From NCBI GenBank assembly GCA_963668245.2, contig CAXXKB010000003.1:3574-67573 (forward strand): a stretch of 64,000 nt of DNA, read 5' to 3'. The notes under the pieces are model-generated. The model searched no databases, was not told the origin of the DNA, and worked only from the letters and a program-made list of their open reading frames with translations. Shown in pieces: positions 23,550-32,065 of the stretch (position 1 is its first letter; each line of letters begins with the position of its first letter). Source of the stretch: Anaerovoracaceae bacterium. Lineage in GTDB: Bacteria > Bacillota > Clostridia > Peptostreptococcales > Anaerovoracaceae. The position numbers and the translations under genes are program-made.

Positions 23550-23585
23550 TGAATTGTCCCCTTACAAATCGGGGTAGTCTTTAAT
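23550..23585 (-). CRISPR. Detached degenerate CRISPR repeat (trailer-type)
   Basis: 23556-23585 is identical to 30 of the 36 repeat nt; only the 6 nt at the transcript 3' end diverge. Confidence 0.9.
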
Positions 23586-24526
23586 TATGGAATAATCCAA
23601 CCAGCTCCTAAATCTTGGTTATTTGTGCCGTTTCCAGTACCTACAGTATAAGTAGAACCATCTGCGCTTTGTTCTATCCATGTATCATTTCGCACTCCAT
23701 CTTCGGTTGTAGCAGACCATCCGTACTCTATAGTTCCGCTAGACGAATAAGTTGGCGTGCTTGAACTAGAATTAGAAGAATAACTGCTAGAACTGTCTGG
23801 TTCAACATAAGTATATCCCGTATCGTAATTAGAATCGTCGTAATTATTTGACGAACTGTAATTTGCAGAATCGCTATTAGACTCTTGGATGTATTGTTGT
23901 TCAGCTACACTTGCCGCTTGAGCTACGACTGCAGCTTGTGCTTCAACTGCAACTTGAGCTTCTGCTTCTACTTTTGCCTGTGCTTCGTCTAATTGTTTAA
24001 TTTTTTCTTCATATCGTTTTAAAATTTTATTTGTTTTATTATTAAATTGTTCTTTTTCATCACCAAAGTAAACTAGACCTTCTAAACTCAAAACTTTTTC
24101 TTTTAATGTGCTTAAAATATTAATTTTTTCGTTTAGGGAGTCTTTTGTTTCAATTTCCAGATCCTTTGTTGTATTGTCTAACAAAACCTTAATGTTTTCA
24201 TTTTTAAATAATTCTTTTGACTTAGTAATATAACTTTCATAGATTTTGATAATTTTTTCGTCTTTTTCATTTCCCTTTTTGTATCGACTGTATTCTGAAA
24301 CCATGGATTTAAAATAATCTAATCTTTTAGCTTCATCTTTTTCATTATTAAATGAAGAATAATCACTTTGAATATCTTTACTTTCAGAAGCAATATTTTC
24401 ATTATAGATTCTTTCTTCTTCTTTATTTTCCATTGCAATTGCTGTAAAACTACTTGAGGCCAACAACAGTACTGTTCCTAAAAGTAGTAAAATTTTATTT
24501 TTCTTTAACAAGGGCTCCACCTCCAT
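23585..24526 (-). CDS. Secreted or membrane-anchored coiled-coil, Ser-rich hypothetical protein located between CRISPR repeats
   Basis: Signal peptide (KKNKILLLLGTVLLLASSSFTAIA), coiled coil, AQA repeats, Ser/Tyr-rich tail; likely TTG start after GGAGGTG; upstream TATAAT. Confidence 0.8.
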   Translation of the reverse strand: MEVEPLLKKNKILLLLGTVLLLASSSFTAIAMENKEEERIYNENIASESKDIQSDYSSFNNEKDEAKRLDYFKSMVSEYSRYKKGNEKDEKIIKIYESYITKSKELFKNENIKVLLDNTTKDLEIETKDSLNEKINILSTLKEKVLSLEGLVYFGDEKEQFNNKTNKILKRYEEKIKQLDEAQAKVEAEAQVAVEAQAAVVAQAASVAEQQYIQESNSDSANYSSSNNYDDSNYDTGYTYVEPDSSSSYSSNSSSSTPTYSSSGTIEYGWSATTEDGVRNDTWIEQSADGSTYTVGTGNGTNNQDLGAGWIIP

Positions 24527-24596
24527 ATTTTTTGTTATTAATTTAACATTATATTGTTGATAAAAAGGGAATGATATTTGTTATATTCCTCCCTTA

Positions 24597-25294
24597 GTTA
24601 CCGTCCCCTTACAAATCGGGGTAGTCTTTAATATGATGGAGGCTTCTCGATCGCCAATCATCGTTACCGTCCCCTTACAAATCGGGGTAGTCTTTAATTT
24701 AAATTCCTTGATTTCTCCGGTTGAGAGGGTTACCGTCCCCTTACAAATCGGGGTAGTCTTTAATTTCAATTATTCGACTTTGACTACGAATTCGGTTACC
24801 GTCCCCTTACAAATCGGGGTAGTCTTTAATAATTACGTAGAAGGTACGCTGAGGCTTTATCGTTACCGTCCCCTTACAAATCGGGGTAGTCTTTAATCAC
24901 GTTTCAAATGGTGACGCCCATGCGTTTGTTACCGTCCCCTTACAAATCGGGGTAGTCTTTAATCGCGTCGAGGACTATATAGGCAAAGGCACCGTTACCG
25001 TCCCCTTACAAATCGGGGTAGTCTTTAATCTTTATCCAAATACGCAGATTGTCCTAGCAGTTACCGTCCCCTTACAAATCGGGGTAGTCTTTAATGAATA
25101 GAAGTATATGGGCTCTGCATGGCTTGTTACCGTCCCCTTACAAATCGGGGTAGTCTTTAATGATGGATCTTTGCGATCTACATCAAAACGGGTTACCGTC
25201 CCCTTACAAATCGGGGTAGTCTTTAATCCAAGCCGTCAAAAAAGAGCATTGGAAAGCGGTTACCGTCCCCTTACAAATCGGGGTAGTCTTTAAT
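24597..25294 (-). CRISPR. CRISPR array, type VI-A (Cas13a)-like: 11 identical 36-nt repeats, 10 spacers of 30-31 nt
   Basis: Repeats start at 24597, 24663, 24729, 24795, 24862, 24928, 24994, 25060, 25126, 25192, 25259. The minus-strand repeat ATTAAAGACTACCCCGATTTGTAAGGGGACGGTAAC has the GAC-x-ACCCC...GGGGAC...AAC layout of Cas13a repeats. Confidence 0.96.
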
Positions 25295-25420
25295 TATTCA
25301 GCCGAAAAAAATTGCTAAATCAACTGATTGAGATGATTTTATTGTCTAAAAATCTGCCCATGCATAAGTAATACTTCAATAAGTTGGCAGTTTCTTGGAC
25401 AATAGGTTTATCGAAAGCAA
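25295..25420 (-). promoter_or_regulatory. Putative CRISPR leader
   Basis: AT-rich and non-coding, on the side opposite the degenerate repeat. Confidence 0.5.
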
Positions 25421-25642
25421 TTAGTATTACTATTATAACATTCAACCTATGCAGCTGGACATTCATATATTATATTCAAAGAGATTCCCATAAGCTTATC
25501 ATACATATTAAATTTTGTGGCCCTCTAGTATCAAGGTACGATTCTATTATTCCAGATCAGATGAAATGAAGTGGAAGGAGTAGCGTCTTTACAGCGTTTC
25601 CCCTTCTATTTCACTATAACTCAAGACTACTTATACATCGGT

Positions 25643-25843
25643 CTATTCATCATCTGGAACCTCGCATATGATCATTCGTGCATACATCTCAAATATTGCA
25701 GCCTCGACAATTTCTGCGGGTGTTTCAAAAAATTCATACTCCAAAGCCAGATGCGTTTGCAACGCTTCAATCATCTTCGTGTTACTGCCGTCTAATTTGA
25801 GGAACATATTGGATTCTAATGCGTCATTCGACATACTGATCAC
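25643..25843 (-). CDS. Small protein, possibly ribbon-helix-helix (copy 1)
   Basis: RBS present; near-identical paralog at 37233-37493. Confidence 0.55.
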   Translation of the reverse strand: MISMSNDALESNMFLKLDGSNTKMIEALQTHLALEYEFFETPAEIVEAAIFEMYARMIICEVPDDE

Positions 25844-25961
25844 CTTCCCTTTCTACCTAAAATATCCGCAGAATCTTCCGGGTGATTTATTTATGAACAG
25901 AAAAGTTTATAAATATTCCCTGCCTTTTTTTTAATATCCACGCGTGTTCGCTTTACAAAAA

Positions 25962-25975
25962 CAAACATACGTTCT
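25962..25975 (+). promoter_or_regulatory. LexA (Cheo) box overlapping the yolD-like promoter
   Basis: CAAACATACGTTCT between TTTACA and TATAAT. Confidence 0.6.
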
Positions 25976-26037
25976 TATAATAGGAGTATAGACTTTGTAA
26001 GCTGTCCTAATTCATGACATGAAAGAATGAGTGGAAG

Positions 26038-26592
26038 GTGAATATCATGCTAAAAGAAACAAGAAATCGAACAGAAAAGGTATTTGAAGCGTACAATGAC
26101 TACCACGATAGAGGTATGGTGAAGTGGCTGACCGCGTTCGCAATGGAAGAACTAGCACAGTCTATTTCTATCGGAAAAGAGGAGGCTATGAAGGATATTC
26201 CAATCCTGCCTCAGATGAGCTCTTTCGAAATCGATACAGCTTTAGCGGAGTCCATTCAAAAAAATCGTCTCGTATCGATACAATTGAACCAAAAGGACCG
26301 CTTCGGGCGACAATCAGAGTCTATCGTAGGGCAATTCAGAGGCTATCTCGCGGACAACAAGCTTTTGATTGATACGCAATGGATCTTACTGGAGAGCATT
26401 CGGAACGTACACATTTTGTATGAGCAGAAATGGTCTGAGATCCACGTTTTTACAGCAGATACAAAAGAAAAAAACGAGCTGAATTCCACGCGAGAGTTTC
26501 GACATAGTGTTTGTGTTGAAAACCAAGAAGCTTTTGACACTGCTATCACTTGGGTGGAAGACTTCAATCAGTGCACAGAATGGTTTGAATAA
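26038..26592 (+). CDS. YolD-like protein (copy 1)
   Basis: YHDRGMVKW motif; PQMS..EI...L; SOS box upstream. Confidence 0.75.
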   Translation: MNIMLKETRNRTEKVFEAYNDYHDRGMVKWLTAFAMEELAQSISIGKEEAMKDIPILPQMSSFEIDTALAESIQKNRLVSIQLNQKDRFGRQSESIVGQFRGYLADNKLLIDTQWILLESIRNVHILYEQKWSEIHVFTADTKEKNELNSTREFRHSVCVENQEAFDTAITWVEDFNQCTEWFE

Positions 26593-26747
26593 CCCATACA
26601 TGTAGGCCATTGAGAAAAACCTAAAAATTTACCGTACAAGGACGGCCGTACGTAAAAATCAGATTTTTAAGTGCTTCTATCCATTTAAAACTATTTCCTC
26701 TCCCATTAAGAGAGCGTATACTTTTAATCAAGGGGGGATCGCATTCA

Positions 26748-26984
26748 TTGGAACATTTCGCGCAGGTAGTTGAACAGATTGATGATAAAATAGCTGCCCT
26801 TAAATTGGATATCAAGGAAGCAGAATTGCACCTACATACGCAGCTGAACGCCGGTGTACCCGAAGAGCACTTATCTGATTATTATGCATTGCTGGAGACA
26901 AATGAAGGAAAGCTTAGTGGACTGAACGAAGCACTAAGTATCCTTCAAACCGCATGGCTGAACTATACAGAGAGGGCGCTTTAA
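26748..26984 (+). CDS. Hypothetical coiled-coil protein (copy 1)
   Basis: Paralog at 38399-38635. Confidence 0.6.
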   Translation: MEHFAQVVEQIDDKIAALKLDIKEAELHLHTQLNAGVPEEHLSDYYALLETNEGKLSGLNEALSILQTAWLNYTERAL

Positions 26985-27097
26985 AGCTCACGGGTCATCA
27001 TGGCTGGAGACGTATCATGAATTGGTTGAATGGTTATATTGAAGGGCTCATACTCATTGATATTTCTGTATCATTTCCATTTTATTTGGATATTGAA

Positions 27098-27805
27098 TCA
27101 ACTTTTCTTTTGATAATAATGGTCACGGCTTGCATCTTTGACATTGACCGGTACGCGGTTATAGACTGCTCCTAAGACATGAGCGTTCACCCGCTCTAAG
27201 GCTTCGGAGGCTTTCAAAGTATCCATCTTGGTCGAAACCCCGTGCTGGACAACAACGATGGTTCCATCCGCACGCCCAGCCACGATCTGCGCATCTGCAA
27301 AACCCAAAAGGGGCGGCGTATCATAGATAACAAGGTCGAATTGATCCTCAAATTCCTGTTCCAGATGGATCATCCGTCTACTGGAAAGTAATTCCGCTGG
27401 GTTTGGTGGCGTAGGGCCACCCGTCAAGACCGACAAATCAGCCAGTCTCGTGTCTTGCACGTAATCTTGAACGACACCTGTCGGATTGTTCAACAAGTCC
27501 GTCAGGCCATGGATATTGGCTAATTTAAAATTCTCATGGACAGTCGGTCGTCTGAAATCACAGTCTGCCAACAAGACACGCATTCCTTGTTGGGCGATTG
27601 TGATGGCCAAATTGATGGCGACGGTTGACTTGCCGACGTTATTGCTGGCTGAAGTAATCGCAAGCGAACGCAGTTGTTGGTCCACCATTGAAAAATGGAT
27701 GTTCGTCCGCAGTACACGGAACTGTTCCGAGATGGCAGCAGACGGCAACGCCATGGTGATTGCAGCGCTCTGCTGAAATGGTTGATTATTTTTTCTTCTG
27801 AACAT
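27098..27805 (-). CDS. CpsD/CapB-family tyrosine-protein kinase (orphan)
   Basis: Probable start MFRRK at 27805; SEQFRVLRTNI, VGKST, DCDFRRP, DTPP. Confidence 0.88.
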   Translation of the reverse strand: MFRRKNNQPFQQSAAITMALPSAAISEQFRVLRTNIHFSMVDQQLRSLAITSASNNVGKSTVAINLAITIAQQGMRVLLADCDFRRPTVHENFKLANIHGLTDLLNNPTGVVQDYVQDTRLADLSVLTGGPTPPNPAELLSSRRMIHLEQEFEDQFDLVIYDTPPLLGFADAQIVAGRADGTIVVVQHGVSTKMDTLKASEALERVNAHVLGAVYNRVPVNVKDASRDHYYQKKS

Positions 27806-28343
27806 GACCTTAGCCTCCGATTCGATCTTTTGCCGTTTCCAGCTCATGTACTGGGTGATCGCTGTGAATTCTTCTTTTTTTATCTCTGATATCGCCGATG
27901 CGGTTGCCGGCTTTGGATTACTCGATGCCCAAATACAGAGCTTTTTCGGACACTTCCACCAGCCGCTTCGATGCATGATTGCACAAAGTCATTGCTCTCC
28001 ATCGTAGTCAAAACCGGCTGATGAAACTGCGCAATTTTTTAGTTCTTTACGGACTGCTATGTATTTTTCTATTACTTCCCGCTGCATGAGAGCTTTTGCA
28101 ATTTTTGGTTTTTTGCCATAATATCGTTCTCCCTATGACAAATACAATCATTATTTTGTAAAACATAATAATTACGATTTTCAAACGAAAATTTATCATA
28201 CTGTAGATGGATTGTCAACATAAACAAACCTGGAATTACATTCATGTGCGGGAAATTGTGAAATAAAATGTATAAGAAAATAAATAAACCTGCTACACAT
28301 TGACCTTACGCGCCTTCAGATAGGAGTCTATGCAATGCTAACC

Positions 28344-28427
28344 TGCATTCCCGAATTGTATAACGAGACAGGCTATAATGCTTGATAGCAATGAAGTTCC
28401 ACCTCGTTATAAATTTCCGGGAATGCA
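28344..28427. repeat. 84-bp imperfect palindrome
   Basis: TGCATTCCCG...TATAACGAG / CTCGTTATA...CGGGAATGCA with an inner GCTAT/ATAGC stem. Confidence 0.8.
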
Positions 28428-28484
28428 CGGTACAAACGGAACGGATAGGCTTTCAGCATAGAAACCAGAAGAGCAGGGTTCACC

Positions 28485-28796
28485 CTATCCTTTATTCCCT
28501 CTCATAGTCCCCACCACTTGGTTTAAATGCAACAGGACTTTCTCCAGAAATGCCTGCTCGGACAAAACACAAACGGAATGCCCTTCTTGCTGCAAAGCTT
28601 CCACCTTCTGCATTTTCAGACTCCTCGGATCTTCTTGAAAGAGATTGGTATTCGCCTTTCCTACAACCAAGATTGTGGTATCTTTGGTAACCGCTGCTTG
28701 GGGTTTTCCTCCTAATGCAGTGACTAATGCCTGCGCTTGTTTCCGCGACAACATATCCAATTTACCCGTAAATACAATTTTTTCGCCCAGAAACAT
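28485..28796 (-). CDS. Stand-alone BRCT-domain protein (copy 1)
   Basis: GEKIVFTGKL..LSRKQAQALVTALGG...VTKDTTILVVG...LSEQAF. Confidence 0.85.
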   Translation of the reverse strand: MFLGEKIVFTGKLDMLSRKQAQALVTALGGKPQAAVTKDTTILVVGKANTNLFQEDPRSLKMQKVEALQQEGHSVCVLSEQAFLEKVLLHLNQVVGTMRGNKG

Positions 28797-28880
28797 AGTA
28801 TCGCCTGCCTTTCCCCTTAGCTGGAAGGATTTTTTTCTCTATTTTACCCTTCTCGGAAGACTTTTATCAAGAATGATTAG

Positions 28881-28894
28881 CGAACGTGTATTCT
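28881..28894. promoter_or_regulatory. LexA-like box upstream of the BRCT gene
   Basis: CGAACGTGTATTCT. Confidence 0.5.
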
Positions 28895-29204
28895 TTGGGC
28901 AGAAATGCCCCTTATATTCCTCTAAATCTAACATTAAACCCCTATTTACTTTAAACGGAATGGAAAAATAAAGGTTTTAAGCCACTTTCAGGTTGAATAA
29001 TCGAAGGACTATCCGTTAAAATCCACTAGATTTAGCAGCGTACAAATTTTTCCGCGAATATAATCGAAAAAAATAAACAAAACAAATAGTTTTTAGAGTA
29101 TAATCGAAATATATAGAGAAATAGAAATTTATTAGCGTATACTCGGAATATATTTGGAAATCAGCCATATTTCGTCTATGTCGCAGGATGTGAGGAGGAA
29201 CCGT

Positions 29205-30401
29205 ATGTTTAATCGTCAGAGTTATTTAGATAAATTGATTCAGGCAAAAGACAGCGATTTTGTAAAAGTACTGACTGGGGTGCGGCGCTGTGGGAAATCA
29301 ACCCTCTTAATGCTGTATAAAGACTGGCTCCTGGAGCATGGAGTTGAAGAAGATCAAGTTATCGAAATCAGTTATGAAAAGATGGAAAATGAACCTTTAA
29401 AAGAGGGGCACCGCCTTCACGCTTACCTGAAGGAACGGATTCCAGAGCAGAAGCGGGTGTATCTGCTGATTGACGAAGCACAAGAAATTCAGGAATGGGC
29501 TAAGGTTATAAATAGTCTCAAGGTGACATTTAACGCGGACATTTATGTGACGGGATCGAACTCCAGTCTTTTTTCTGGAGAATACCTTACTTATTTATCC
29601 GGACGGTATATTGAAATAAAGGTCTATCCCTTGTCTTTCCGTGAGTTTTTGGAGTTTAAACAGTACGATACGGTAAATAACCTAGAACAACATTATCAAG
29701 AATATCTCCGCAGCGGATCCTTCCCCGCAGTGAACCTGGTGGAAGACGAAAATTTGATTCGAACGATTAACCAAGGACTCTTTGATTCTATTTTCTCAAG
29801 AGATATTATTAGCCGCGGTGAAATAAGAGAAATTGGTGGCTTCTACAAGGTCGCAAAATTTGTATTTGATAACATTGGCAACAGTCTGTCCACCAATAAA
29901 ATAGCCAATACGTTGCGCTCTGAGGGATCAAAAATCAGTCATGACACAGTGGATAATTACTTGATGTTGATGTGTAACGCCTATATTCTCTACCAGTGCA
30001 GTCGTTATGATATACGCGGGAAAGAGCTCTTAAGAACAAACGGAAAGTATTATATTGTCGATATGGGGTTACGCAATCAATTGATCGGCTATAAGTCTTC
30101 CAATATGGGACATGATCTTGAGAACATTGTGTTCTTAGAGTTAATCAGACGAGGATACCAGGTTTTTGTTGGCAAAAACGGGACCGCCGAAATTGATTTC
30201 ATTGCGGAAAGATTGGAGACGAAAATGTATATTCAAGTCTCTCTATCGGTGATGGACGAGCAGACAAAAGAACGAGAATTCAAAGCTTTTGAAAAAATTA
30301 CGGATAACTATCCGAAATGGTTGATTACGATGGATCGATTGGATATGTCCCAAAATGGCATCCTTCACAAAAATGTATTTGATTTTCTACTGGAAGAGTA
30401 G
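29205..30401 (+). CDS. AAA_14/DUF4143 ATP-binding protein
   Basis: Start MFNRQ (RBS GAGGAGG); GVRRCGKS, LLIDEAQ, VTGSNS, C-terminal EIDF...YIQVS. Confidence 0.9.
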   Translation: MFNRQSYLDKLIQAKDSDFVKVLTGVRRCGKSTLLMLYKDWLLEHGVEEDQVIEISYEKMENEPLKEGHRLHAYLKERIPEQKRVYLLIDEAQEIQEWAKVINSLKVTFNADIYVTGSNSSLFSGEYLTYLSGRYIEIKVYPLSFREFLEFKQYDTVNNLEQHYQEYLRSGSFPAVNLVEDENLIRTINQGLFDSIFSRDIISRGEIREIGGFYKVAKFVFDNIGNSLSTNKIANTLRSEGSKISHDTVDNYLMLMCNAYILYQCSRYDIRGKELLRTNGKYYIVDMGLRNQLIGYKSSNMGHDLENIVFLELIRRGYQVFVGKNGTAEIDFIAERLETKMYIQVSLSVMDEQTKEREFKAFEKITDNYPKWLITMDRLDMSQNGILHKNVFDFLLEE

Positions 30402-30445
30402 CGGTATCCAGCTTGCACGTTATATTTACTGGAGCATAGAAGTGT

Positions 30446-30480
30446 TTTCAATACTCTCAAGTTATGACTATGACTGTCTA
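30446..30480. promoter_or_regulatory. Orphan res-like site
   Basis: TCAATACTCTCAAGTTATGACTATG resembles the palindrome at ~14646-14671. Confidence 0.4.
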
Positions 30481-30617
30481 GCTTATGCACCAATACAAAC
30501 TAAAAAAAACTGATTATGAGTCATGCAATCCGTTTTATCTGAATTATTCAGCAGACATTAAATAAACATACGGACAAAAAGATAGTGCCACTTCATCCCA
30601 GAAATAGCATTATCTTT

Positions 30618-30797
<180 letters not shown>

Positions 30798-30813
30798 TTA
30801 CTTCGCTCCCTGT

Positions 30814-31209
30814 TTATAAATTTATCTGACAAAATTCAATGTGCTCACCATTAGGTCCACCCACAATGAAATAGCTGATGCCATTTTTCCAATAGTGCAA
30901 TGTTTCAATTCCATCTGATACTACGTTCATTTTTTCGTTTTGAATTTGTTGATACAAATCTTGAATATTAACGACATCTAAGGCAATGTGGTCAATTGCG
31001 CCACTTACTCCAGTAGCCTCTACATTATCCCATAGTTCAATGACTAGTCCTTGGTTTTCTAAAAAAGCGACTTGCCCGCCATTATTGACTTGGTTTTCTT
31101 CATTGATGATTTGAAAACCAAGTTTTTCATAAAAAACGATGGATTCGCTCATTTTTTTTGTAGGGATCCCGATATGTTGGAGTCCACGAATATACTGATT
31201 AACTTGCAT
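30814..31209 (-). CDS. VOC/glyoxalase-family protein
   Basis: QHIGI...FYEKLGF...IELW...DHIALDV...GPNGEHIEF. Confidence 0.92.
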   Translation of the reverse strand: MQVNQYIRGLQHIGIPTKKMSESIVFYEKLGFQIINEENQVNNGGQVAFLENQGLVIELWDNVEATGVSGAIDHIALDVVNIQDLYQQIQNEKMNVVSDGIETLHYWKNGISYFIVGGPNGEHIEFCQINL

Positions 31210-31292
31210 ATTGACACCTTGCTTTCCTTAAAATTTCATTTACAGTCATACTAATCCTTTTGTTCGAACAGATTTTTTTAATAAGCGGGGTC

Positions 31293-31725
31293 TCACCAAG
31301 ATAAGGATTTAATTTGCCGTAGAACATGAAAAAATTCGTCTTGGTAGACATGATGGGCACTGAGTCTTAGCATCATGCGTCTTCCGCTGTGAATCAGTTT
31401 CCCAACAGTCTTGAAAATACGAAGACGGATAGTCAGTATCTGTAGGCCTTTTACCTTTTCCGGGAACGCTAGCGCGCATAAAATTCTTGATGTTATAGGA
31501 AACTAAGCCGACCATCATGCGAACAGCATTCTCCAAGAAATGAAAACTGTCTGTCTTATCGAAGAAGAAGCCATTCTTTGCTTCATTGATGAAATTCTCC
31601 CTCGTACCTCTCTTTCAAGTACCTACTTAGTAACGAATAGGGTAAACATGCTCTTCCCTCTGACTCCATTCGATCTCATCCCCAACTTGAACAAACTGAT
31701 CCGCCATTTTGAATAAGCGGGGATT
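31293..31725 (-). mobile_element. IS1380-family transposase remnant (3' part, internally deleted, frameshifted)
   Basis: RGTRENFINEAKNGFFFDKTDSFHFLENAVRMMVGLVSYN...RIFKTVGKLIHSG. Confidence 0.8.
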
Positions 31726-32065
31726 TCATTTGAGTCGGATAACATACTGATGCTCTTTTTCCTCGCATAGTATGAATTTTTAGATGTTCTAACTTATTTA
31801 TAATAATCGCTTTGTTATATAGCATTGAAGCATCACTTATGAGTTTATCTGTGTTATCCGTCATTAAGCTTTATAGCCCCCTGTTCTTCCTAGATAATTT
31901 TCATCATAATTCTCATTAAATCTCTGATGTAACCCCAATTCAACGTCGATGAGTATTACTTCAGTATAGTAAAGGGGCTAATCAATTGTCATCGAAGATT
32001 AACTTAACTTCATAATACTTACCAAGTAATTCATATTTGTCCCCTATTCATTTTTAACCGTAAGT

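Noticed and set aside
23585-24526. Embedded gene as a novel Cas effector
   Set aside because: It has a signal peptide and low-complexity tail and no HEPN, RuvC or RRM motif; it looks extracellular.
24581-25293. Short ORFs across the array (24581-24769, 24633-24896, 25108-25293)
   Set aside because: Artefacts of the 66-bp repeat-spacer period.
25384-25640. Possible cas2 or cas13 remnant beside the leader
   Set aside because: Manual translation of the minus-strand frames and the listed plus-strand ORFs gave no Cas-like motif.
27806-27976. N-terminal extension of the CpsD ORF
   Set aside because: A strong RBS precedes MFRRK at 27805; the upstream part looks like a separate remnant.
31676-32040. 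Extra Lamassu component downstream of lmuB
   Set aside because: Only interrupted fragments; the 62-aa ORF runs into the IS remnant.
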